Shown one piece after another: positions 12,522 to 23,560 of a stretch of DNA of 64,000 nucleotides (positions are counted from its first letter, which is position 1; every line of letters starts with the position of its first letter). The notes under the pieces are model-generated. The model searched no databases and had not been told where the DNA came from. It worked only from the letters and a program-made list of their open reading frames with translations. Both the position numbers and the translations under genes were made by a program. Origin of the DNA: Mustelus asterias (taxonomy: Eukaryota); NCBI RefSeq assembly GCF_964213995.1, contig NW_027590137.1:806001-870000 (forward strand), given 5' to 3'.

Positions 12522-14702
12522 CCTCTGGCTCCACACATAGATTCCCTCCCCTATCCTTGAGTGGGCCAACCCTCTCCCTGGCTACCCTCTTGTTCTTTAT
12601 ATATGTATAAAAAGCCTTGGGATTTTACTTAATCCTGCTGGCCAATGATTTTTCGTGACCACTCTTAGCCCTCCTATCTCCTTGCTTAAGTTTCTTTCTA
12701 CTTTCCTTGTATTCCACACTTGCTTCGTGTGTTCCTCCCCTGTAGCCAGTGAGGATACAAAGATCTCTCTCAAGACCCCAGCAATTTCCTCCCTTGCCTC
12801 TCTCGGTATTCTGGGGTATATCCCATCAGGCCCTGGGGACTTGTCTACCTTAATGTTTCTCAAGAACCCCAATACCACCTCCTTTTTGATCTCAACATGA
12901 CTCAAACTATCTACACATCCTTTCCCAGACTCATCCACCACCAAATCCTCTTTGGTGAATACTGACGCAAAGTACTCATTTAATATCTCTCCATTTCCTC
13001 TGGCTCCGCGCATAGATTCCCTCCCTTGTCCTGGAGTGGGCCAACCCTCTCCCTGGCTACCCTCTTGTTCTTTATATATGTATAAAAAGCCTTGGGATTT
13101 TCCTTAATCCTGCTGGCCAATGCTTTTTCGTGACCTCTTTTAGCCCTCCATTCTCCTTGCTTAAGTTTCTTTCTACTTTCCTTGTATTCCACACTTGCTT
13201 CGTGTGTTCCCAGCCTCCTAGCTTTGACAAATGTTTCGTTTTTCTCTTTGACGAGGCTCACAATATCTCTCATTATCCAAGGTTCCCAAAACTTGCCATA
13301 CTTATCCTTCACCCTTACAGGAATGTGCCGGTCCTGAATCCCTATCAACTTACACTTGAAAGCCTCCCACACGCCATATGTTGATTTGCCCTCAAACATC
13401 TGCCCCATCTGGTAGCTATTTATTAGCTACCAGTCATTAACAGATGAGAAATTAATGAGCCTTAATTGAGTTATAGTTAATCAATGAATCAGTCGTCATA
13501 GTAAAAGATTGAGTTTTATTTGCTGTAAGAGTTTAATTGCTGTGTATGTAAAGAATGTGCAATGAGGATAAATGTACTGGCGAGAGAGACCTTCAAGCTC
13601 TGATTAGCCTCAATATTTGAAACTGTGAGAATAAGGGGATTGTATAGAATCAGATAAAGGGATAGTATGAACCAGTTCTCTTGTATTCCTGTCTAAGATA
13701 GTAAGAGGTGATGGTGTCAGTAATTGAGGATCCAGTTAAATTAATCTAGTGGTCAAATTGACCAATTGTCATGATACAACAGGCCCAAATCTGACGTGAG
13801 GTAATCGTCACTTTGTGGATAAAAGTAGAGGTTCTGAAGGTCTTCCTTGGGAGCCAAATACTGAAAACTCCCGAGGCTGAGTTCCAAGGAAATTACTGCC
13901 AGAGAAGGAGCCAGACTCCCGAGGCTGAATTCCACAAGAATTCCTGTGAAAGAAGGAGCCAGAGAGGGTTACGCTTCTACGGACTGATCACCTGCATGAA
14001 GTTGTAAAAGTCAATATCTTAAAGTTGTTCAGCAAAACTTTTTCATTCAGTAAACTTCTTTTTAAATTTCCTATCCAGAGAATTCTGCCTTTACCACAAA
14101 GAGGACAGGGAACAGGCTACAGATGAATTAAAGAGAAACCATTTGTGTCCAGAACATTGTGAACATCCTTTTACTCTGGTTGTCTTTGATGCTCAAGTCA
14201 TTTTCTGATTGTTTTAACCATGTTCTGTTTCATTAATAAACTTTGATCAGTAAAATATTTGATTGTTCTGGACTTTTCCTGCTGAGATTGATGCACTTTA
14301 GAGAAAGCGGGTGAGAGGGCTCTTTAACAGAAAGTGAGTCCCTCTAAGATAATTGGCAAAGGAGCCAGAGGGGGAGATGAGATTTTATTTTATTTTTTGA
14401 CACAGCGAGGTGTTCTGATCTGCCTGAAAACAGATTCAATAGAATCTTTCCAAAGGTTAAAGACTTGAAAGGGAAAAATTTGCAGGGCTGTGGGGACAGA
14501 TCAGAGTGGTAGGATGAATCAGACAGTCCTTTCAAAGAGATAGCAGGGGCACGATGGGCTGAATGGACTCCTCCTGCAGCCTGTCAATCTCAGCCTCCTG
14601 CTTTTGTGCAGGTTAAAAGGGACAGATTTCAGTGCAGCCTCTTCCCTGTATATGTATTTAAAGAGACAGGTTTCTCTTTAGCTCTGAGTGACTGATATAA
14701 CA

Positions 14703-14770
14703 ATTGGTTGGAGGCCCATTTCCCAGTCAGTCCTCCAGCCCCTTCCTGTCTCTCTATTAGTGCGACGCCC
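14703..14770 (+). promoter_or_regulatory. decayed copy of the ZNF promoter CCAAT module
   Basis: attggttggagg...gtcctccagccc...ctattag resembles 34960-35020 and 53215-53280. Confidence 0.4.
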
Positions 14771-15524
14771 ATGGCAGTTTCCCAACTGGGGCGCAGGCCT
14801 CGTTATTCTCAGCTAAATTCAGCCCCCAGCTCCGTCGCCTGGCTGTCATTGACACGCGCAACAGAGAGACAGAAAGGTGCCCCAGGCTCAAATGGGAAAT
14901 CAAAACTCGGGGCTTTAAATGAACTGTTAGGATCTCTGTAACGATCAACAATTAAAAAAAAAAAGAATTCTAAGCCCAGTGAGTAAATGAAAGAATCACA
15001 CGACAAAACTTCAAGTTTCTGGCCTTTATTCCAACAAACTGGAAGCAACAATGATTAAACACTTTTTTGAAGGGAACATTGCTCTTAAACTTAAAATTAA
15101 ACTTTGCCCTTTTACTCTTAACACCATCAAATATCCCACTCAACCGTTATATTTTATTCTGCCTTGGAATGTTGACACTCTTTCTCCAAAAACCAGTCCA
15201 AAGTGATTCTTTACTCCCCAAGGGTTTATTTCCATTGTTTTCCTTTTCCAGTCTGGCAACCTTTAATCCCAGAACTGTCCTTCACAGTGATGGTTCTCCT
15301 GGGCATTTTCCCACTCACACAAGCAAGGCGAATCTTCCAGCCTTGTTTCACAATTCTCAGGAATTTGTGACCAACATTCAACACCGGAGCAGATGTAGGT
15401 CATTTGGCCCTTTGAGTCTGCTCCACCGTTTATTTAGGTCATGGCTGATCTGTTTGTGTTGCGTTCCACATTCTCGTTCTATACCCAATACTTTTGATTC
15501 TCTTACCCAACAAGAATTGGGATA

Positions 15525-15660
15525 AAGGCAAAATTCTGCTGTTGTTGGAATCTGAAACAAAAACAGAAAATGCTGGACAATCTCACCAAGTCTGACAGCA
15601 TCTGTAGAGAGAGAATAGAGACAACATTTTGAGTCAGGATGACCCTTTGTCAGAGCTGAA
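15525..15660. mobile_element. Penelope-like short element, family B (one arm)
   Basis: ggaatctgaaacaaaaacagaaaatgctgg...gacagcatctg; related copies near 16715, 32941, 41720, 57635 and 60880. Confidence 0.6.
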
Positions 15661-15832
15661 GACAAGGAAAATCGGACATAATTTATACTGTAAGGGTCAA
15701 GAATTGGGAAGCAATCTATTAAACCTCCTCTGAACCACTTTCAATGCATTTGTATCATTTCTTAAATAGGAGACAAAGTTGCACCCAGTGTTCAACATGC
15801 AGTCTCCGTAATGCCCTGTATAACTGAAGCAT

Positions 15833-15966
15833 AGTAAGAAGTTAAACAACACCAGGTTAAAGTCCAACAGGTTTATCTGGTAGCAAATAAACCTGTTGGA
15901 CTTTAACCTAGTGTTGTTAAACCTCTTACTGTGTTTACCCCAGTCCAACGCCGGCATCTCCACATC
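15833..15966 (+). mobile_element. Penelope-like fold-back insertion, family A, with 12-bp TSD
   Basis: Inverted arms of about 45 bp plus an unpaired tail of about 37 nt; ATAACTGAAGCA at 15820-15831 and 15967-15978. Confidence 0.8.
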
Positions 15967-16714
15967 ATAACTGAAGCAGAACATCTTTACCCCTTTGTTC
16001 AATTTCTCTCGTAATAAAGGATAGCATTTCATTTGTAAGAACTTTGATTTATTTGAACTAAGATTTATGGGGTTCTCTTGTTTACAATAACCTCCCTAAT
16101 CGTAAATCACACCAGGTTCCAGTGACTTAACCATCTGGCAAGAAAGAACACATTGAATGGTGAATTCAGAAAGTTTATTAATCATTAAAAATGTAACAAG
16201 TCAGAAAGATAAAACAGAGTGTTGATTAACAGTGAATAGAGAAAGAATAGAAAAATGTTGAAAGCCCATCTTAGCCAATTCCCATAAATCTTCAATTATA
16301 AACTAAAATAGACATGAGTTTTCAGATGATTTGAAAAGAAATGAATTGTCTGCTGAAAGGGTTAACTTTTCTTCAGAACCTAAAGGGATGGGGAGTGAGC
16401 AGAAAAAAATTGGCACACAATAATACCACTTTACACAAGTAAAAAAATCAAAACAAACTCGATTGTAAACTTCAGCTCTTCATTTTTTTGTTATATTCCA
16501 TAACCTAATTATTTTAATTGGATCAGTTTTTTTAGGGATGGATAACTTCTGTTCTTTATAAACTGCTTCACTCATTTTGTTGATTCTACATGGGCTCGCA
16601 GAATCAGAACCCAGACTTTACCATCCTTATCCTTTTTCCCCTTTTCCCACCACTCCCTCTGTTTTGCAGGAAGGTCGTAGGGATTCCAATCAGAACTAAT
16701 CATTTTATCATAAA

Positions 16715-16890
16715 AGTTAAACACTGCGGATGCTGGAATCTGAAACAACAACAGAAAATGCTGGAAAATCTCAGCAGGTCTGACAGTATCTGTGGAGACA
16801 GAATGGAGTCAATGTTTAAAGTATGGATGACCCTTCATAAGAGCGGTTATGAAGTGTCTTCCAGACTCGAAACGTTGGCTGTATTCTCTA
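16715..16890. mobile_element. Penelope-like palindromic element, family B
   Basis: Arm plus partial inverted arm with a degenerate hammerhead-like core (..atgaag...gactcgaaacgttg). Confidence 0.6.
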
Positions 16891-17741
16891 ATAATTTTAT
16901 CGATACGTTTCTTGTTCTTAGTTTCCAATTAGCAGGTAAGAGACCTGTCCAGTCCTCACTCGAGCTCTGATTTTTTCACTGGCCATGCTTGAGTCAGTTT
17001 ATAACCATTAGAATCTACTCAGAGGTCTGCTTTTCAGTCCAGTGCTATTTGGAGTATACCGTCACTTCACCGACTAACGGGTCACAAACCCCTCAAAGTT
17101 CTTATCACAAATTTGGGATAAAATAATTTAAACAATGCCTGAGAATGCTTTTTAACTTCTTAACCAACTATCTCCCACTGTTTGTTGATTGGTCAGACCT
17201 TCTCTTCACAGATTCGGGTATCTCAGCCACTGAACACCAGTCGGTCCTGGAATAAGTTTAATTCTAACTCATTCTGAGTAAATATTCTCACCAGGTCCTC
17301 TGTTGGGCACTAAGCAGCTTTAATGGTCCGTGATTGCAGAAACTGAGCAGTCATAGGAATGTGGTCAAGATAGTCCAGTCCCATAATGCCTCACATTCAA
17401 TCTGCAGTCCTTCAATTATAACAGAATATGTGGCTGTATGTAGCTGCCTCGACCATGGTCAACCCCAACACTGCCTTCCTGAACTGTTACAATGCCTGAG
17501 GTGTAAGTACACCCACAGTGCTGTTAGGGAGGGATTACCAGCTACATATTCCAGACTTTCACTGGACTGTAGATGGATACCAGATTGACATATTCCATTC
17601 AACCACTCCCAAGGTGAGTTATTCCAATTCCTTTATTGTCCAGGACAATATATTCACAATATCATTAAAACAGGAATTAAACATTCCCATTTGGTTTCAG
17701 GTTCTAACACATTCTGTTAGTTTGTTCTTTATTGTCAATGT

Positions 17742-18030
17742 CAGGCTGGGGTTGTTTCCCTTGGAGCAAAGGAGGTTGAGGGGAGATTTGATAGAGGTGG
17801 ACAAGATTCTGACAGGTTTAGATAAGGTGGACAAAGAAAAGCTGTTCCCATTAGCTGAAGGGACAAGGACAAGGGGGACACAGATTTAAAGTTTCAGGTG
17901 AGAGATGTAGGGAGGGATGTGAGGAAGAAAATGTTGATGCAGCGAATGGTAATGACCTGGAACTCGCTGCCTACGAGGGTGGAGGAAGTGGAGACAATAA
18001 ACAATTACAAAGGAAATTGGATGGGCATCT
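17742..18030 (+). mobile_element. CR1 3' fragment (duplicated at about 25645-25940)
   Basis: LGLFPLEQRRLRGDLIEVDKILTG in both copies. Confidence 0.8.
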
Positions 18031-18393
18031 GGGGGAGTTTCAAACAGAAATGCTGACTAAATATCTCTGAACTTCCTAACATCCTGTCACTCTGTGATCC
18101 TTGTGAAATTTGAAATCAGGTATTCACAACAAGACTCAAAGAGCATCAGCCCACTGGAGGGAAAGTTGTGAGACCGGCCAGTCCAGCAGAAAGAAACCCT
18201 CCGACCCTCCCCATTGACCAACTGTGAGAATGAACAAAATGCAGTCCTGGATGTAACTGAGAGCAGAAACAATAACAGCAGAATCCAACCCCTGTGAACT
18301 TATTGGTGCCTCAGCAGCTGTGATGAAATTCTGAACACTTTTTATACACTGAGCAGGTGGACAGTTTCTCCCCAGTGGAACCTCACTGATGTC

Positions 18394-19296
18394 TCAACAG
18401 GTGGGATAACTGAGTGAATTCCTTCCCACACTCAGAGCAGGTGAATGGTCTCTCCCCATGTGAATTCGCTGGTGTCTCTGCAGGTTGGATAACTGACTGA
18501 AACCCTTCCCACACTGAGAGCAGGTGAATGGCCTCTCCTCAGTGTGAACTCGCTGGTGTCTCTGCAGGTGGGATGACTGAGTGAATCTCTTCCCACACTG
18601 AGAGCAGGTGAACGGCCTCTCTCCAGTGTGAATTTGCTGGTGTTTCTGCTGGGTGGATAACTGACTGAAACCCTTCCCACACTGAGAGCAGGTAAATGGT
18701 CTCTCCCCAGTGTGAACTCGCTGGTGTCTCCGCAGGACGGATGACCGAGTGAATCCCTTCCCACACTGAGAGCAGGTGAATGGCCTCTCCCCAGTGTGAA
18801 CTCGCTGGTGTGTCCGCAGGTCGGATGAACGAGTAAATCCCTTCCCACACTGAGAGCAGGTGAATGGCCTCTCCCCGGTGTGAATGTGCTGATGTGTCCG
18901 CAGGTCGGATGACCGAGTGAATCTCTTCCCACAACGAGAGCAGATGAATGGCCTCTCCCCAGTGTGAACTCGCTGGTGTATCTGCAGGTTGGAAAACTGA
19001 CTGAACCCCTTCCCACACCGAGAGCAGATAAACAGCCTCTCCCCAGTGTGAATTCGCTGGTGTCTCTGCAAAGTGGATAACACAGTGAATCCCTTTCCAC
19101 ACTGAGAGCAGGTGAACGGTCTCTCTCCGGTGTGAACTCGCTTGTGTGACTGCAGGCTGGGCAACAGAGCGAATCCCTCCCCACACTGAGAGCAGATGAA
19201 TGGCCGCTCCCCAGTGTGGCTGCGCCGATGAGCATCCAGCAGAGAGGGGGCTCTGTATCTCTTTCCACAGTCTGCACATTTCCATGGTTTCTCCAT
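18394..19296 (-). CDS. C2H2 zinc-finger protein, 10 fingers, no KRAB/SCAN; frameshifted after finger 10
   Basis: accATGGag start (MEKPWKC), TGERPF linkers; a 1-nt deletion gives the tail MGRDHSPAL..., with degenerate fingers continuing to about 18295. Confidence 0.8.
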   Translation of the reverse strand: MEKPWKCADCGKRYRAPSLLDAHRRSHTGERPFICSQCGEGFALLPSLQSHKRVHTGERPFTCSQCGKGFTVLSTLQRHQRIHTGERLFICSRCGKGFSQFSNLQIHQRVHTGERPFICSRCGKRFTRSSDLRTHQHIHTGERPFTCSQCGKGFTRSSDLRTHQRVHTGERPFTCSQCGKGFTRSSVLRRHQRVHTGERPFTCSQCGKGFSQLSTQQKHQQIHTGERPFTCSQCGKRFTQSSHLQRHQRVHTEERPFTCSQCGKGFSQLSNLQRHQRIHMGRDHSPALSVGRNSLSYPTC

Positions 19297-19544
19297 GGTG
19301 CAGGTGTCCTTGCCTCTCCCTTGGGTGGACAATCAGTTGAAGCCTTGTCCACACACAGAACACGGGTACAGTCTCTACCCGCTGTGAATGGTGTGATATT
19401 TATTCAGGCTGTGTAACTAGTTAAAGCTCTTTAGTCAGTGCTCTGGAACAATCTCACTCGGGTGTGGCAGTGTGTTGCTGCTTTTCCATTCACTGATGGC
19501 CGAAGTCTTTTCAAATCGAAGTGGAAGCTTTAATCTGAAGCTCA

Positions 19545-20010
19545 ATGGCCAACTTCCGCATTGAGACGTCACAATGGAGCGCTGCCTGAATCAGCCAATA
19601 GGAATTACTCGGCTCCGCAGTGACGTTGTGGGGTTCCATGGCGCAGGCCCGGCTCGCGGACCCGGGAGCCCCGCCCCCACCCATTGTTCCCCTCCCCCTG
19701 CACCTCCTCCAGCCACGGTTTCCAGGCAACCGGCTGGCGGCTCCGGCCAGAGCGAGAAGCCGCTCGGTGATCTCCCCCTCCCCCCTCTCTCTCCGGCGGC
19801 TGCTGCTCCAAAAAGAGATCGAGAGCGGACCGCTGGCGGCAGCCGCACTGCGCCTGCTCCGGACAGCTCGGCTCAGCAGCGCTCTCTGCGCCTGCTCCGG
19901 ACAGCTGGGCTCAGCAGCGCTCTCTGCGCCTGCTCCGGACAGCTCGGCTCAGCAGCGCTCTCTGCGCCTGCTCCGGACAGCTCGGCTCAGCAGCACTCTC
20001 TGCGCCTGCG
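19545..20010. promoter_or_regulatory. CpG-island, probably bidirectional, promoter
   Basis: CpG-rich; CRE-like gacgtca, CCAAT, GC box and GCGCCTGC repeats; lies between divergent ZNF exons. Confidence 0.7.
19848..20009. repeat. 38-bp GC-rich minisatellite, 4 units plus a partial unit
   Basis: ctgcgcctgctccggacagctcggctcagcagcgctct starting at 19848, 19886, 19924 and 19962. Confidence 0.95.
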
Positions 20011-20121
20011 TGCTGGGCTGCCAGCTGAGGGAGTTGGGGAGGGGACTTTGCAAAATCACTTCCCATCAAATTCTTCCAAGTCCCGCAGTTTGATTTGAAA
20101 CAGAACAGCTTCTGTTTGTAG

Positions 20122-20423
20122 CTTCACCACAGACTCAAACTTCACACACAGACTCAAACTTCACCACAGACTCAAACTTCACCACAGACTCAAACTTCAC
20201 CACAGACTCAAACTTCACACACAGACTCAAACTTCACCACAGACTCAAACTTCACACACAGACTCAAACTTCACACACAGACTCAAACTTCACCACAGAC
20301 TCAAACTTCACACACAGACTCAAACTTCACACACAGACTCAAACTTCACACACAGACTCAAACTTCACCACAGACTCAAACTTCACACACAGACTCAAAC
20401 TTCACACACAGACTCAAACTTCA
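20122..20423. repeat. 18/19-bp minisatellite, about 16 units
   Basis: Interspersed cttcaccacagactcaaa and cttcacacacagactcaaa units. Confidence 0.95.
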
Positions 20424-20940
20424 TCCTCTGGACAACATCGTATTTCTCATTTTATGTTTTTAAGTTTCCTTTGTACTTTGATTTCTGTTCGGGCTGTTCC
20501 CCCTCCTTTTTGGGGAGCTGCCCCTTTTACTTTGTCCTGATTTAATCTGAGTTTGTTTACTTGGTTTGACCTAAAAAGAGGACAACATCTGTGAGGAAAA
20601 CACTTTCTTTCCCCCCCTGGGAAATACAGAGACAGAGAAATTCTCTGGAACTGGAATTAGAGCCAAATATACTGAGGGGGGAAATGTTTGTGATTTTGTG
20701 GAACCTGTTTTTATTGTCTGAGCTTTTTAAAGTGTAATTTATCTTGTCTATTCAAATACTGTTTCTTAATGAATGATTCAGTGATGTTAATTTTAGATTA
20801 ATTTTGAAAGTAAAAATGTTTAAAAATGAAACATTGTCTTTTAGTTTATTCCAATGGGATTTGTGGGAATTTGTTTATTATAAGGTGACCATGAGGATCG
20901 TAACAACATTGATATGTCTGGTGTTGTTATATGGTGCATA

Positions 20941-21142
20941 TGATGTGGAGATGCCAGTGTTGGACTGGGGTGGGCACAGTAAGAAGTCTCACAACACCTG
21001 GTTAAAATCCAACGGGTTTATTTGGAATCACGAGCTTTCAGAGCGCTGCTCCTTCTCACCTGATGAAGGGGCAGCGCTCTGAAAGCTTGTGATTCCAAAT
21101 AAACCTGTTGGACTTTAACCTGGTGTTGTGAGACTTCTTACT
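20941..21142 (-). mobile_element. Penelope-like fold-back insertion, family A, with hammerhead and 12-14-bp TSD
   Basis: Inverted arms of about 78 bp, unpaired tail, and TATATGGTGCATAT at 20928-20941 and 21142-21155. Confidence 0.85.
21056..21092 (+). ncRNA. minimal type I hammerhead ribozyme motif
   Basis: UCAC-CUGAUGA-a-GGGGC(agc)GCUCU-GAAA-GC-UU-GUGA: stem I UCAC/GUGA, stem II with G-U pairs, palindromic AGCU stem III as in Penelope minimal hammerheads. Confidence 0.65.
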
Positions 21143-21832
21143 ATATGGTGCATATTAGGTATATTATTTATGGATTTGTATTACAGTTGATGTTGTTTAA
21201 TTCCAGAATAGTATTGTAACTACACTGTATATTTTCCAGTCAAAGAGTCAGCAGAGCACAAGATAAATCAATTCAGCAACTTGAGTCCATGCCAAGTCTC
21301 TGTCGGGGAATCCACTCAGTGCCATTTGTCCTCGATATCCCTGTTCCCCAGTACGTTTAATTCCTTCAAGTGCCCGACCAACTTTATTTTGAAATCACTG
21401 GTCGTCTCCACTTCCACCACTCTCATCGTCAGTGAGTTCCAGAACATGATTGCTTGCTCCCTAAGTCAAGTTCTTCCGCACCCATCTGTATCTCTAATCA
21501 TGTAATAGAGTTCTGAATATTGCATACATTTTTAGTCCACTAAATATGCTAATTTTTTATATGCTTAGACACGAGCCTGTGTGAAGATTTCAGGAATATG
21601 TGTCCTGTACATGAAACAGTCAGCACGGATCTGTCGATTAGGATGAATCAGCACCCTCAGGACAATGTCTATTTCAGGTCCAGCAAAGTGAGAATGGAGG
21701 GAGAGTGTTTGGGATGGAGATTTACAAATTTTCAAGAATGAGAGGAAAGAATGTTCCACAGAAACTAGAATTGTCTGTTCTGAGTTTTTATCCTGTACTG
21801 ACAGCAATGATTTTTGTGAATTTCTTTCACAG

Positions 21833-23030
21833 GCTATTAGAAGGGGAGAATTTACAGACACAAATCTCAACAAACATGACGTTAGGATCTGACAGAGTCA
21901 CCCAATTATTCAGGATCTGAATACCATCGGCATTTGAAACTAGAATGGGAAATGTTTGTCTGTTCCTTCAAACTGTTTAAACATCAGTGTGACTGGAAAA
22001 TCACTGAGACACATTCACTCGAGTGAGAGTATTCCAGTGAACTGACTGTGGAAAGAGCTTTAACCAGTTACACAGCCTGGAAAAGATTGAAGGATTCACA
22101 GTGAGGAGATAGACCATGTATGTGTTATCTATGGGATCAAACCTTCATCTGAACCTGCAAATGTACAAAGACATGCAGACCATGGAAATGTAGGGACTGT
22201 GGGAAGGGATTCAATTGTCCCTCGAAACTGGAAACCCTTCGATGCAGCCACACTGTGGAGACACTGTTCACCTGCTCTGAGTTTGGAAGGGGATTTCGTG
22301 ATTCATCCACCCTGAGGAATCACCAGCGACTTCACATCAGGGAGAGGCCATTCACCTGCTCTGAGTGTGGGAAGAAATTCAGCGATCCGTCTGCCCTGCT
22401 GACACACCAGCGGGTTCACAATGGGGAGAGACCATTCACCTGTTGTGTGTGTGGAAAGGGATTCACTCAGTCATCCCTCCCGCTGACAAACCAACGCATT
22501 CACACTGGGCCGAGGCCATTCATCTGCTCCGAGTGTGGGAAGGGATTCACTCAATTATCTAGTCTGCTGAGACACAAACGATTACACACTGGGAAAAGGC
22601 CATTCATCTGATGTGTGTGTGGGAAGTGACTCAGTCAATCATCCAGTCTGCTGGAACACTGAGGCACCTCCCCCAATAAGAAACCTGTTCAATGCTCTGA
22701 CTGTGGGAGCTGCTTTAAAACCTGAGCCTACCTGAGGGTCGACCAGCGCATTCACACTGAGGAGACCCCGTTCAGGCGCTCTCACTGTGTAAAGAGCTTT
22801 AGAACATCATCTGACCTACTGAAACATCAGGGAATTCACACTGGGGAGAGACCCTGATAATTCCCACTCACTTTCAGCGATTTCTCATAAAACCTACCAA
22901 ATTGGAAGCTTCTGCCTGAAATTTTATTTTCCCTTCATTTCCAAACTGAGACCATTCACCTGTTCAGTGTGTGGGAAAGGATTCACTTGTTCAACCAAGC
23001 TGCTGAAACACCATGGCAGGCACACCGATT
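21833..23030 (+). pseudogene. C2H2 ZNF pseudogene exon
   Basis: Acceptor tttcacag at about 21832; fingers with many stops and frameshifts; longest open piece 22255-22611. Confidence 0.85.
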
Positions 23031-23059
23031 AGTGATCTTTTGGATTCTCTGCCTGTGGG

Positions 23060-23560
23060 TGTTAACTATATCAATAGAGGTTAAGTTTATTCAAATGGAG
23101 GGCATTGATTAGACAGTTATAATGAGCAGGTACAAAGTGGGACTCACGAATATAACTTGGAGTCAGAGTTGAACCTGTAATGTTTGATTCTGTGAATAAA
23201 TCTAGACCAAATAAAGATTGACTCCGCCCCAAGGCTGTCAGGATTATAACATGGTAACAGAAAATGCTTGTCTCGTGGTGAATGTTGGAAACTAAAAGAA
23301 AGTATATTTCAGACAGAAGCTTCCAATCCCAGCAGCTTTTGTGAGAAATGACTGAAAGGCAGTGGGAATTGTCAGGGTCTGATTACCTGCTGATGCTCTC
23401 GGAGTCTGAACCATACAACCAGTGGAAGAATGAAGTGACGATGTGGACATGGGTTACATCCCGATCAAGGAGGAAACAAAATCTGGCCTTGGCATCGTCA
23501 CTTCCTAACACAAGGATAATCAGCAACAAAGCATTTTCTGATCAGCCAAACTGCAAGTTG
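23060..23560 (+). mobile_element. LTR retrotransposon 5' remnant (LTR 23060-23251, PBS, gag start), probably Ty1/Copia
   Basis: TGTTA...TAACA termini with internal AATAAA, immediately followed by TGGTAACAGA (tRNA-Met-like PBS); gag-like PYNQWKNEVTMWTWVT...KQNLALASSLP. Confidence 0.65.

Larger units (their letters stand above)
8892..13406 (-). mobile_element. 5'-truncated CR1 LINE interrupted by a younger CR1 and a Penelope/CR1 chimeric insert
   Basis: RT pieces 9278-9682, 11792-12458 and 12745-13406. cacattt|gtccagatt rejoins seamlessly (compare 30841-30860). Confidence 0.92.

Noticed and set aside
13410-15375. Possible LTR remnants, including a 48-bp tandem duplication at 13868-13965 (similar candidates at 16034-17330 and 23802-24980)
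   Set aside because: I could not establish paired TG...CA termini with TSDs or a PBS.
20122-20423. Repeat array as a possible CRISPR
   Set aside because: No unique spacers and eukaryotic context; it is a minisatellite.
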